A DNA stretch of 64,000 nucleotides. Origin: a virus. This document shows, in pieces, positions 28,322 through 38,603 of this stretch. The notes beneath the pieces were generated by a model that had not been told where the DNA came from, ran no database searches, and worked only from the letters and a program-made list of their open reading frames with translations. The stretch's first letter is position 1. The number at the start of each line of letters is the position of its first letter. The DNA lies in the IMG/VR virus record IMGVR_UViG_3300009161_000003, positions 1 to 64,000 of that record; one strand, 5' to 3'. A program made the translations under genes and the position numbers.

Positions 28322-28865
28322 TTTAGGAAATTCTATAAATAATATACAAGTTACAGAAAATGTTTTGTCTAAAGAAGAACACAAACAACTGCTTGATTAT
28401 ACAATAAGTGTTGATTCTTGGCAAACTCAACCTTGGGGAGTTAAGTTTCTTTTATCAAAAGAAATGCCAGAAGAAATTGTTGATTTGTTAGAAAAAATTT
28501 TTAGAACCGCTTATGAAAAATGTACAAATTTTTATAATGTAAAACTTTATGTTTTTGAAAAAGGAACAGTTCCTTTAATTAAATTTGAAAAAGGATATAA
28601 GATGCATGAGCATGCGGATACTGCAGGAGATTTTGCAGTAATATATTATATCAATGATGACTATGAAGGAGGAGAAATTAATTTTATGGATCATAATTTG
28701 AAGATTAAACCAAAGGCTAACAGTTTTATCACATTTCCTAGTAATGCAGACTATTGGCATGAAGTACTTGAAAATACTGTAAAAGAAAGATATTCTGCTA
28801 CTCTCTGGTTTAAGTATGATGGCTCTGATATGTCAAGGCCAGCATTAGGTTTAAGTCGTAAGTGA
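28305..28865 (+). CDS. 2OG-Fe(II) oxygenase
   Basis: HAD...HEV...RY. Confidence 0.9.
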   Translation: MMIQSNLGNSINNIQVTENVLSKEEHKQLLDYTISVDSWQTQPWGVKFLLSKEMPEEIVDLLEKIFRTAYEKCTNFYNVKLYVFEKGTVPLIKFEKGYKMHEHADTAGDFAVIYYINDDYEGGEINFMDHNLKIKPKANSFITFPSNADYWHEVLENTVKERYSATLWFKYDGSDMSRPALGLSRK

Positions 28866-29506
28866 TTACAAAAGAAGATTTAGTAGAGGCCACAAAAGAA
28901 AGACGTCTTCATGTAGTAAAAAATTTTTATAATAAATTTCCTTTATGGTTAGATATAGATAATTTATATGATTTAATAAAAGATACAAAACCAGAAGATA
29001 TAGATTATAATTCTTTTAACACAATGATAATTATGGATAAATTTAAAATTTTAAATTTTTATAATGATGTAGTAGAAATTTTTTCTAAAATTCATAATGG
29101 GCATATACAGTTTATAATGTTAATAATTAGTTTTATTAATAGAAACAATAACGTTATTAATGATTCTGATTGTTTAAGACTTACTAAAAAATATTATTTA
29201 GACAATCCAAAAAAAATTCCAAAAGAACTTACCATTAATAAATATAGTGTTGATGGTTGGCCAAATAGTTTTTGGGACCCTCCAATTCATTTTGATGCAG
29301 AAGATAGAATTTTTATTCAAGGCTTAGGACAAACTTTATGGAAAATATTTGACAATAACAATGTTTTAACTGATGAAATTATACTTTATTCTGGTGATTT
29401 AGCATATATTCCTGCAAAATTACAGCATAGTGTTGAGTCTTTATGCGCTAGACATTCAGTAAGTATTGCTTTGTCTGAAGACAATGAAATTAACCATATG
29501 CTATAA
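28862..29506 (+). CDS. JmjC/cupin-like oxygenase
   Basis: HFD...QGLG.T.W...GDLAYIP...H.V. Confidence 0.75.
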   Translation: MITKEDLVEATKERRLHVVKNFYNKFPLWLDIDNLYDLIKDTKPEDIDYNSFNTMIIMDKFKILNFYNDVVEIFSKIHNGHIQFIMLIISFINRNNNVINDSDCLRLTKKYYLDNPKKIPKELTINKYSVDGWPNSFWDPPIHFDAEDRIFIQGLGQTLWKIFDNNNVLTDEIILYSGDLAYIPAKLQHSVESLCARHSVSIALSEDNEINHML

Positions 29507-29751
29507 TTGAAGTATGATTGCCGTATACTCTGATATTATGAAAAGGCTTAATGGTGAGAAATGCCATTTCTGCAGCGAGGTTGCCCTATATAACGATATG
29601 GCAGGCTACAAACTTATTGGTGTATGCAAGAAACATTTAAACTATCACACAAGTTAGGACAATATGCCACTGCTTAAATTCTACAAACCAGCAATACTTC
29701 TTTCATGTATGCTGGTTGTAGCGTATGTTTTGTTATATTTATTTTTATAAG

Positions 29752-30795
29752 TTAAGACTTAGATCCAATCAATGCAATCTGTGCTTTTGCTATAGCCAGT
29801 GCTGATCCTGTAAGTGGAGAGTATTCCAATTTTTTGGCTGAGAGACTGGCACATGAAGTAGCAGTGTATTTAAAGAATCCTTTAATGATATTTGCCTTAT
29901 CACTTGCCTGTGTTGGTGCTAAACCATAAGAGAAAGAGGATAGGTTGTAAGCCCTCTTATCCTTATTGTTATAGTTTGGAACAATAATGCCATTTCCTTC
30001 AGGCTCAAAGTCACTCAGGAATGCAGATGCTGCTTCAGATGTAGGCTGCATAAATACACCAGCACCATTTTCAACAGATATTTTAGCAAGATTTTGATTT
30101 GTAGCATAAGAAGATTCCATATAACCTATTGCACCGTTTGTACCTGCCACAGCAGATGCCATAAGATTGGTTCCAGCAACAGAACTAAATGTTCCCATAG
30201 GTAGTTGGCTTTTTGGAAATACCTGTGTAAAGGCTTTGTTTGGTGTCTTTGTCCAAATTAATGGAGCAATAGCGCTAAAGTATTCTGTTACTACTTGTGT
30301 GGTTCCAGAACTATCTGCACGATAGAAAACCATAATTTGTAAGTCTGGAAGTTTTGGCTTTACTTTCTTTATAGTATTATCTTTAACTATTTGAGGATCA
30401 TTCCATTTTGTTATATCCCCTGCAAAAATTTTAGCCAATGTTTCTTTCTTTAATTGAATCTTTCCTTTATACCCATCAATTCTATATGCAATTGCAATAG
30501 GTCCTGCTATTAGTGGAACATATACAAACTCTTTTGTTTTATTAATTTGCGAGGCAGCAACATCACTGGCTGCAAAATCAACAGTATTTTGCATAAACAT
30601 ATTAATTCCAGCACCTGATCCTAATGCTGTATATTCTATATTATGTCCAGATGCTTTTGCATATTGAACACGGCAGTCATTGATAAAGTTAGCAATGAAT
30701 GATGAACCAGCACCCGTAAGTTGATCTGCATGGGCTGGTTGGGCGATGAGTAAAGATGCAGCAATTGCTGCCACAATAAATCTAGAGGATTTCAT
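29752..30795 (-). CDS. pstS: Phosphate ABC transporter substrate-binding protein
   Basis: GAGSSF, GSGAG, DFAASD, RADSSGTT; signal peptide. Confidence 0.95.
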   Translation of the reverse strand: MKSSRFIVAAIAASLLIAQPAHADQLTGAGSSFIANFINDCRVQYAKASGHNIEYTALGSGAGINMFMQNTVDFAASDVAASQINKTKEFVYVPLIAGPIAIAYRIDGYKGKIQLKKETLAKIFAGDITKWNDPQIVKDNTIKKVKPKLPDLQIMVFYRADSSGTTQVVTEYFSAIAPLIWTKTPNKAFTQVFPKSQLPMGTFSSVAGTNLMASAVAGTNGAIGYMESSYATNQNLAKISVENGAGVFMQPTSEAASAFLSDFEPEGNGIIVPNYNNKDKRAYNLSSFSYGLAPTQASDKANIIKGFFKYTATSCASLSAKKLEYSPLTGSALAIAKAQIALIGSKS

Positions 30796-31081
30796 GATTT
30801 AATAATATCAGGAGTATTTTGATTTAGGGTAAATAGAAAAAGAACATCTAATTAACAGTAGGTGTTTGTTGCTTTTATTTGTTCTATATGGTATTCTTGT
30901 AGTATGTATTCTTCTAATCATGCTGCTGAAATCTTGTTTCAAATACAAGATCTTCATAATAAATATGAAGTAAACACTGGTAGAAGTGCAATTCATGATT
31001 TAATTGCCATGAAAATTATACAGCATGAAGCAGCAAGTGAATATGACACAAGTGTATATGAGATATGGGATAAGGAATATA

Positions 31082-31291
31082 ATGAAGAAAAGTAATACTA
31101 AGGTTTCTCAACATAAACAAAAAAGGGCAAGTAAAAACAAACTTCGCCTTGCTGATAAACCACATCTATCAAAACAACAAAGACAAGAAGCAGCAGAGCG
31201 ATATAAACTTACAAGTCAAATCATAAACAATAACGTTCTTTTGGCACAAAGAGAACTTGAATCTATTGAAAAGGAAAAAGTAAATGACTAA
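31082..31291 (+). CDS. Small basic protein
   Basis: K/R-rich; SD AAGGA. Confidence 0.5.
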   Translation: MKKSNTKVSQHKQKRASKNKLRLADKPHLSKQQRQEAAERYKLTSQIINNNVLLAQRELESIEKEKVND

Positions 31292-31431
31292 TACTTCTCA
31301 TGAGGATCGAAGGGTTAGAGACAAGTCGTACCAAGAAATGAAACTGTTTGCTAATCCTAATAGGCTTATGGGCTTTTGGGGTAATTTATGTGGCCTTTTT
31401 GCTACCTTTTTTTCAAACCAAGCAGAAAAAT

Positions 31432-32046
31432 ATGGAGATTATTTTGAATATAAGTAATGAGATTTGTCAATCGTTTGATGTAAAAATGCATTTGCCTAAA
31501 GAAATACTGGAAGCAGGTGGTGTTACTCAAAATTGTAATTTATCTTGTGTTGCTCCCGCATTTGTTTATGTAGAGGGTATACATGGTAAAAAATTTTTAT
31601 GTGACTATCATTATTATTATGAAATTTATATGACTAGGAATGGATATTCAGAGCCTAATGTTTCTTGGAAAAATATTCAAAATTTTATAATTGATGAAAC
31701 AGAAAGAGTAAAAGAAACATTTGCAAAAAATGTAACAACTACAGAAACAATTGGACATAAATGCTCACTAATTAATACATATACTCCAGGCCATAATTGC
31801 ACTGCTGATGCCCTTGTAAAGGTTACACCCACTGGCATTGTTCCTGGTAAAATAAATTTTACAGCAATAAAAGACAGAAACAATATCTCAGAAAGTATTT
31901 TTTATTGTAATTTTCATTTTAGAAGAACCTATTATAGATACTATAGTAACGGCACGATTTATGAAGATTATCATCAAATATTAGACGAAAGGTCTAGGAT
32001 GACAATGACTCTTGCTGAAGAATTCTCAAGACTTACATATGTCTAG
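31432..32046 (+). CDS. Protein with two C..A.A.V...F.C..H Zn-binding units
   Basis: CVAPAFVYV...FLCDYH and CTADALVKV...FYCNFH. Confidence 0.65.
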   Translation: MEIILNISNEICQSFDVKMHLPKEILEAGGVTQNCNLSCVAPAFVYVEGIHGKKFLCDYHYYYEIYMTRNGYSEPNVSWKNIQNFIIDETERVKETFAKNVTTTETIGHKCSLINTYTPGHNCTADALVKVTPTGIVPGKINFTAIKDRNNISESIFYCNFHFRRTYYRYYSNGTIYEDYHQILDERSRMTMTLAEEFSRLTYV

Positions 32047-32244
32047 AATGGTGGTATAATAAATATCTGATTATTTATAATCACTACCAAAGGAAGTTAT
32101 GGCAGAAGAAAAAGGTTTAAGGCCTAGAGTTATAGTTGATGTAAATAAGCATGGTATTAGACGAGAACGAAACATAGATTTTGTTAAGAAAAAGTTTAAA
32201 GATGAGGATGAATTGAATCCTAAAAGAAAAAAGAAGAATCAAAA

Positions 32245-32454
32245 ATGACAACAACTCCTTTTTCACTTATAAAAAATATGTTATGGGATAATTATGGATA
32301 TACTCTTTCAGATGATCCTTCATACATGACTAAAAAAATTATTAGTAAGTTGGAAAATAATGGATATAAAATTGTTCCTTTTATTTTAAATGATAACCCT
32401 GATGGAATGAACGGTAGAGAAAGCAATCCTAATAGACAAGGACTAGATCAATGA
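32245..32454 (+). CDS. Hypothetical protein
   Basis: ORF track. Confidence 0.5.
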   Translation: MTTTPFSLIKNMLWDNYGYTLSDDPSYMTKKIISKLENNGYKIVPFILNDNPDGMNGRESNPNRQGLDQ

Positions 32455-32702
32455 AACAGTTAATGCATTTTACTGCAAAATGGTGTACTCCATGCAAGGC
32501 AATGGAACCTGTAATTGAAGATTTTAGACGCAGGCATCCAGATGTTATTTATACTAAAGTAGATATTGATGATGATATGCAAACTGCTGTTGACTTTGCC
32601 GTAATGGGTGTTCCAACATTCATATCTATTGTTGATGAAAATTTGTTTGAAAGAAAAAGTGGTAGAGCCACTATCTTTCAATTGGAGGCGTTGTTTAATT
32701 GA
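32451..32702 (+). CDS. trxA: Thioredoxin
   Basis: FTAKWCTPCK...VDID...VPTF. Confidence 0.9.
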   Translation: MKQLMHFTAKWCTPCKAMEPVIEDFRRRHPDVIYTKVDIDDDMQTAVDFAVMGVPTFISIVDENLFERKSGRATIFQLEALFN

Positions 32703-32805
32703 TTACTATATTTAAAAAAATAAAATTATTTTATTACTTACTAAAAATAAGAAAAAGAAAAAATAATAATAGGTTTATATATTAATTTATTAGAAAAGGC
32801 ATACA

Positions 32806-34242
32806 ATGATTATTCTTGGAATTAATGGAACCTCTCATGACGCATCTATATCTTTAATAGAGGATGGAAACATACTTTTTGCTGGGCATTCTGAAAGATA
32901 TAGTAAGGTAAAAAATGATTGGTACAACTGCCAAGAATTGTTTGACGATGCATTTCAATATGGATATCCAGATCAAATAGCGTACTATGAAAAACCTTGG
33001 TTAAAAAAATCAAGACTATTATTTGGCGGTTCTTCAGACTGGAAACCAAAATTTAAAACTAAATTTGATACATCAAAAATAAAAATAACAAATTTTAATC
33101 ACCACTACTCACATGCAGCAGCAGGATATTTTACAAGTGAATTTGATGATGCAGTTATTGTGGTTTTAGATTCAGTAGGAGAATGGACAACCTCGTCAAT
33201 TTATACTGGAGAAAATAATAAAATTAATTTATTAGAAAAAACAGACTATCCATTTAGTTTTGGATTATTTTATTCTGCCTTTACTCAATTGGTTGGCTTA
33301 AAACCAAACGAAGAAGAGTATATTATGATGGGTATGGCAGGGTATGGAGATTGGAAAAAATACTATAAAGAAGTTATAGAATATTTTCCAGATATAAATA
33401 CACAAAAATATAATTTTCATAAAGGTATACATGATTGGCCTTATAATATTTTTGCACAAGACAAGTTTGACATAGCAGCAGCAGTTCAAAAAGTCTATGA
33501 AATTAGACTGCTTGATTTTATGTTAAAGGCTAAACGTATTTCAGGAAAAAACAACTTAGTATTTATGGGTGGATGTGCTTTGAATTGTTCTGCTAATACA
33601 CAGTTGTGGGAAGTGTTTGATAATGTTTGGATTATGCCTAATCCAGGAGATGCTGGAAGTTCTCTTGGTGCAGCAGCAGCATTATATGGAAAACATATTA
33701 ATTGGAATGGTCCGTACTTAGGACATGATTTATGTGGAACATATCCCGTTGATCAAATTTTAAAACAATTAAAAGAAAATAAAATTGCAGCCGTTGCTTC
33801 AGGAAGAGCCGAGTTCGGTCCAAGAGCACTTGGAAATAGAAGTATTTTGGCAGACCCAAGAGACCCAGAGATTAAAAACAAGGTAAATAAAATAAAACAA
33901 CGAGAAGAATTTAGACCATTTGCTCCAGTAGTATTAGAACACTTGGCAGATAAATGGTTTGAAATGCCAACGACATCTATTCCATATATGCAGTATGCGG
34001 TTAAATGTAAAAGACCAAAGGATATTCCTTCTGTAGTTCATGTTGACGGAACTTCTAGAGTTCAAACAGTAAATGAAAAACAGCATCCAGGATTATACAG
34101 AGTATTAAATAAATTTTATTTAGAAACTGGAGTACCAATTCTTCTTAATACAAGTCTAAACATAAAAGGGCAACCACTTTTAAATGATGAAACAGATATA
34201 GTTAATTGGGAAAAAAAATATGATAGTAGTATTATAAGATAG
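32806..34242 (+). CDS. NodU/CmcH-family carbamoyltransferase
   Basis: HDAS, HHYSHAA, GGCALNC, EFGPRALGNRS, RPFAP, NTSLN. Confidence 0.95.
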   Translation: MIILGINGTSHDASISLIEDGNILFAGHSERYSKVKNDWYNCQELFDDAFQYGYPDQIAYYEKPWLKKSRLLFGGSSDWKPKFKTKFDTSKIKITNFNHHYSHAAAGYFTSEFDDAVIVVLDSVGEWTTSSIYTGENNKINLLEKTDYPFSFGLFYSAFTQLVGLKPNEEEYIMMGMAGYGDWKKYYKEVIEYFPDINTQKYNFHKGIHDWPYNIFAQDKFDIAAAVQKVYEIRLLDFMLKAKRISGKNNLVFMGGCALNCSANTQLWEVFDNVWIMPNPGDAGSSLGAAAALYGKHINWNGPYLGHDLCGTYPVDQILKQLKENKIAAVASGRAEFGPRALGNRSILADPRDPEIKNKVNKIKQREEFRPFAPVVLEHLADKWFEMPTTSIPYMQYAVKCKRPKDIPSVVHVDGTSRVQTVNEKQHPGLYRVLNKFYLETGVPILLNTSLNIKGQPLLNDETDIVNWEKKYDSSIIR

Positions 34243-35020
34243 TTAAAGAATCTTCATATTGTTTTTTAAAATGTCTATACCATCCATATTGTGATTCTAT
34301 TCCTGGATGACGATAAATGTCAGTGTCATCATCATCTGCTTTCCATAACCTAGGATGATTTTTATTTAATTCTATATAGTTAAATGTTTCTAACAAAAAA
34401 TCTTTTGAAATTAAAGGTGAAAAAATTGTATCAAAATTATTAAAAATACCATTTTTTTGAAAATCAGAAGACATAAAATTTTTGTTTAAATTTTTGTTAG
34501 AATTTTTTTTATTTTCATAATCTTTCCAAAATGTTGATATTAATTTTATTTTATTAGAATAACAATATTCTTCAAGCATAAGGTAGTTATAAAAAAACAT
34601 TTCTTCGCAAACATCATCTTTATAAAAAACATCTTCTCTATCTATGGGTGGCAACAACAAAAAAATAATTTTTGGATTTCCAAATAATTTAAAATATTTA
34701 AATAAATTGTGAATTATTTTTGCAACAGAATGACCAGAAATTGCTAAATTAAAATATCCAGAATGTGTATTATTTTTATTTAGTTCTTCATATAACATTT
34801 TAGACCAAACTTCAGATTCCTCTAATCCACTGCCAGAGGTCATAGAACAACCAGAAAATAAAATATGTTTTTTATCATGCTTATTGGTAAAATCATCACA
34901 TCGATATTCATAGTTATTTTTTCTATAAAAAACATTGTTTTTTGTTTGTCCTTGTTTATCTAAGTATGGACCCCAAGTAACTTTGTCAAGATTAAAATAA
35001 TCATTAGTATTATTAATCAT
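34232..35020 (-). CDS. SGNH-like protein (paralog of 26060-27058)
   Basis: SGCSMTSG, NLAISG, HPG. Confidence 0.6.
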   Translation of the reverse strand: MINNTNDYFNLDKVTWGPYLDKQGQTKNNVFYRKNNYEYRCDDFTNKHDKKHILFSGCSMTSGSGLEESEVWSKMLYEELNKNNTHSGYFNLAISGHSVAKIIHNLFKYFKLFGNPKIIFLLLPPIDREDVFYKDDVCEEMFFYNYLMLEEYCYSNKIKLISTFWKDYENKKNSNKNLNKNFMSSDFQKNGIFNNFDTIFSPLISKDFLLETFNYIELNKNHPRLWKADDDDTDIYRHPGIESQYGWYRHFKKQYEDSLTIL

Positions 35021-35034
35021 TGTTTTAGTTAAGG

Positions 35035-35466
35035 TTAATGCTTTGTAAATCTAAAAGCAGAACCATCCCATAAAGACTTTCCAAATGCAGGTTGTGCTTC
35101 ATCTTGTAAACTAAAAGCACTTCCCTCCCAAATTTTTTCTTTTTTATTTTTTTCACGATTAACTATGCCACGACTCCAACTAAACCCAGCATCTCCGCCC
35201 CATGCATCCCACATAATTCTTCCATTTGATGGGAACTCTGGACCAGAGTAAAACCCTTTACCTTTTTTATCTACTTCGTGACGGGAAAAGAAAGAATACA
35301 TTCTTTTAACGGTATCAAGCGACATTGCTGAACCATTAACAATATCTGTTGCTCTGCCCCAACCAACAGGAGTTCCTGCACCAGTTGCTTTTCCATCTTC
35401 TTTCCATTTAAGTGCACGTCTTGCTGCAGCCTTCATTCCAGAAGTTGGGCTATATGTGTCAGCCAT
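35035..35466 (-). CDS. Probable head-associated protein
   Basis: GTPVGWGRA...RMYSFFSRH...WGGDAG. Confidence 0.65.
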   Translation of the reverse strand: MADTYSPTSGMKAAARRALKWKEDGKATGAGTPVGWGRATDIVNGSAMSLDTVKRMYSFFSRHEVDKKGKGFYSGPEFPSNGRIMWDAWGGDAGFSWSRGIVNREKNKKEKIWEGSAFSLQDEAQPAFGKSLWDGSAFRFTKH

Positions 35467-36041
35467 TACTTATTAAAGCCTCTTGTATCAAACATACTTC
35501 CATCCCAAACTGATTTTGTTGCAACTGAGTTTGATTTGTATGTTCCACCACGACGCTTGTATTCTTGAACTACCCAAGAATTTGCTACTGCACTTGGATA
35601 TACGTCAAACTTATCTTTTGCTGCTTGAACAACTCTAGCATAAAGTTTTGGGTTTGATGGATCAGATCCACCACTTCTTGGTTTAATAAAATCAGCATAG
35701 TTTGGTTTCTTTGCCTTATCAATTGATTCGTAATTTTCTTCCATTTTAAACTCCTTCATAGTCATATTATTAAATTTTCCATCAAGATCTGGAATAGTTA
35801 GTGGATCAATTTTAGTTACTAAAGAACCTTTTACTCCAACTAAACGTTCAGTTTCATCCCAGCCATAACCTTCTTCAAATTCAAGAATACGTACTAAAAC
35901 TGCTGGTTCTTCTGTTGAAGCCATTAAAGAATAATCAGAGTATTGTATTCCAAACATACCATCTGTCATAACATGCTGAACAATTCCAACGTAGGTTTCA
36001 TCGTCACCCTGTGCAAGAACAAAATCACCTTCAGATATCAT
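35466..36041 (-). CDS. Hypothetical protein with a C-terminal PSA.AN.W...YK..GG domain
   Basis: Motif recognition. Confidence 0.6.
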   Translation of the reverse strand: MISEGDFVLAQGDDETYVGIVQHVMTDGMFGIQYSDYSLMASTEEPAVLVRILEFEEGYGWDETERLVGVKGSLVTKIDPLTIPDLDGKFNNMTMKEFKMEENYESIDKAKKPNYADFIKPRSGGSDPSNPKLYARVVQAAKDKFDVYPSAVANSWVVQEYKRRGGTYKSNSVATKSVWDGSMFDTRGFNK

Positions 36042-36095
36042 GTTTCCATTATAACAGATATTCTGCTATAATTGTAAAACCAACGATTGGAAACA

Positions 36096-37052
36096 ATGGC
36101 TCATATTGTATTTTTAGGTAACTTTGAAGTGTCATATAGTAGTGAGAATCATCATGCTAAGTCTTTAGAGTCTCTTGGCCATACCGTTTGCAAATTGCAA
36201 GAAAGAACAATTAAGGATAGTTTTGTTCTTGAACAAGCAATGAATAGTGATCTCTTTATATGGGTGCATACACACGGCTGGGTGACTCCTGGAAGACTTG
36301 GAATGGGCTTTGTACTGGAAGAGTTAAAGAAGGCCAACATCCCCACAATGACATACCATTTAGATCTATGGTTTGGCCTAGAAAGACAGAAAGATTTAGA
36401 AGAAGATGACTTCTATAAAACAATTGGGCACTTCTTTGCAACAGATAAGTTAATGACTGATTGGTTTAATAAGAACACTAATGTTAAGGGGCACTTCCTA
36501 CCTGCTGGGGTATATGATAAAGAGTGTTACATCCATGAAGATTATAATAAAGATGAGTTTGAGTATGATGTAATATTTGTTGGTAGTAAGAGGTATCATC
36601 ATGAACATAAATACCGTGCAGAATTAATAGATTTTTTAAGACGAATCTATGGTAAAAGATTTTTACACGTTGGTGGAGATGGAGACACTGGAACTGTACG
36701 TGGAAACGATTTAAATAGAATTTATGCAAAAAGTAAAGTAGCAATTGGTGATAGTCTTAACATTGATTTTAATTATCCATATTATACAAGTGATAGACTA
36801 TTTGAAAGTACTGGTCGTGGTGGATTCACTATCTACCCTCGCATTAAAGGCCTTGAAGAATATTTTATTGATGGAGAAGAAATTGTTTTTTATGAGCACG
36901 GGAACCTTGAAGATCTAAAATCAAAGATAGATCAATATCTTGATGATAATTCAACAAGGGAACTAATTAGATTAAATGGTCATGAAAGAACTAAACAAGA
37001 ACATACATATATTCACAGATGGGCAACTATTATGAAGGAGTTGGGATTATGA
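36096..37052 (+). CDS. GT-B glycosyltransferase (CgeB/Glyco_trans_1_2-like)
   Basis: FVGS...SDRLFE..G.G...HTYIHR. Confidence 0.8.
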   Translation: MAHIVFLGNFEVSYSSENHHAKSLESLGHTVCKLQERTIKDSFVLEQAMNSDLFIWVHTHGWVTPGRLGMGFVLEELKKANIPTMTYHLDLWFGLERQKDLEEDDFYKTIGHFFATDKLMTDWFNKNTNVKGHFLPAGVYDKECYIHEDYNKDEFEYDVIFVGSKRYHHEHKYRAELIDFLRRIYGKRFLHVGGDGDTGTVRGNDLNRIYAKSKVAIGDSLNIDFNYPYYTSDRLFESTGRGGFTIYPRIKGLEEYFIDGEEIVFYEHGNLEDLKSKIDQYLDDNSTRELIRLNGHERTKQEHTYIHRWATIMKELGL

Positions 37053-37762
37053 CTGAAATGATTAAAGCCGTTATTAACGGAGAGTTTGAAATTACTTTAC
37101 CAAAACATCGTGCAGATAGACCAGATTGGTATCAACCTCATGGCTGGGAGAAACCAAGACTAAAGCATATGTCAGAAAATATTGGATCTGGAGATGTTGT
37201 ATATTATGTTGGTGCAGAAGAAGGAGAGATGCCTGCTCTATGTCAGATGTGGGGTGCTGAGGTAGTTTTGTTTGAACCTAATCCAAAGGTTTGGTCGCAT
37301 TTCCCATTACTGTGGAGTGCAAATAATTTAGAAATGCCACTTGCTTGCCTTCCTGGATTTGCGTCAGACAAAGATAATAAACTTGCAAGAATATATTATG
37401 GAGAATTTCCACCAGAAGCAGATGCACCAATTGAAGCAGCACATGGATTTAAAGAACTTCAATATGAAGCAGATAAATATGGTCAAACAAAAATTGACAC
37501 TCTTGTTTATGAAAAAGGATTAAAGCCACCTACTGCAATTTCATTAGATGTTGAGGGTAGCGAATGGCGTGTACTTGGTGGTGCAGAAAAAGTTATGAGA
37601 GAGTTTAAACCAAAAATCTGGCTATCTGGTCATCCAGAATTTATGATGATGTATTGGAATGAATATCTTTACGATCTAAGACAATTTATTAAAGGCATTG
37701 GATATAAAGAAACTTTCCTTGACTATCAACATGAGGTACATTTATTCTATGAAGCAATCTAA
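37049..37762 (+). CDS. FkbM-family methyltransferase
   Basis: VGAEEG, FEPNP, LDVEGSE..VL.GA. Confidence 0.85.
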   Translation: MTEMIKAVINGEFEITLPKHRADRPDWYQPHGWEKPRLKHMSENIGSGDVVYYVGAEEGEMPALCQMWGAEVVLFEPNPKVWSHFPLLWSANNLEMPLACLPGFASDKDNKLARIYYGEFPPEADAPIEAAHGFKELQYEADKYGQTKIDTLVYEKGLKPPTAISLDVEGSEWRVLGGAEKVMREFKPKIWLSGHPEFMMMYWNEYLYDLRQFIKGIGYKETFLDYQHEVHLFYEAI

Positions 37763-38603
37763 CTGTTATCTATACTCTTTTAATGAAGGAGACTGTGCTG
37801 CTGATAAGTGGGACTATGGACTTCTTAAAGAAATATTTGATAAATATAATATAGAACAAATTAAGGTTAATGCTTTGCCAATAGAAGACAGAGCATTTGT
37901 TGTAATTCCTGGACCACAAAATATAGGACATGAAAAACATATATCAAAAGAATTAAAAAATATATCTAGATTAGTTTTATTTATAACAGGGGATGAAGAA
38001 GGAGTCTTTGATATAGATAGAATAGAACATTCTAATGCAGAGATTTGGATTCAATACCCTCACAAAAAACATGAAAAATATAACAAATTTCCAATTGGTG
38101 TACCGCAACATTTAAAAAACAATTTGCCTAATTATAAGACTAAAACATATGACGTATTTTTTGCTGGGCAAATCACACACCAAAGAAGAGAACAATTGGC
38201 AGGGGCAATAGCATTAGTCAACAATGCCCTTTATAAGCCCACAGATGGCTTTGCTAGAGGAGATAAGCCAATTCATTACTACGACAACCTAGCCAGTTCA
38301 AGGATTGCTGCCTGCCCTGCAGGGGCTGTAGTTATTGACTCATTTAGATTGTTTGAAGCAATAGAGATGATGTCCTTGCCAATAGCAGACCTTATAGATT
38401 CAAGTGGCTTGGAGGATGATTTTTATCAACGTCTTTTTAATGAGGCAGTTCCATTTTATAAAATAAAAAATTGGAACGACTTGCCTGTTACTGTCTCAGG
38501 TTTGTTAGAGGGTTATCCAAACAACATGCATACTGTGGTATGCTGGTGGATCAAATACAAAAGAGATTTTGGGATTAAATTAATGAGGCAAATCAATGCA
38601 TAA
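37749..38603 (+). CDS. Exostosin/GT47-like glycosyltransferase
   Basis: FFAGQ...CPAG....SFRLFEA. Confidence 0.7.
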   Translation: MKQSNCYLYSFNEGDCAADKWDYGLLKEIFDKYNIEQIKVNALPIEDRAFVVIPGPQNIGHEKHISKELKNISRLVLFITGDEEGVFDIDRIEHSNAEIWIQYPHKKHEKYNKFPIGVPQHLKNNLPNYKTKTYDVFFAGQITHQRREQLAGAIALVNNALYKPTDGFARGDKPIHYYDNLASSRIAACPAGAVVIDSFRLFEAIEMMSLPIADLIDSSGLEDDFYQRLFNEAVPFYKIKNWNDLPVTVSGLLEGYPNNMHTVVCWWIKYKRDFGIKLMRQINA

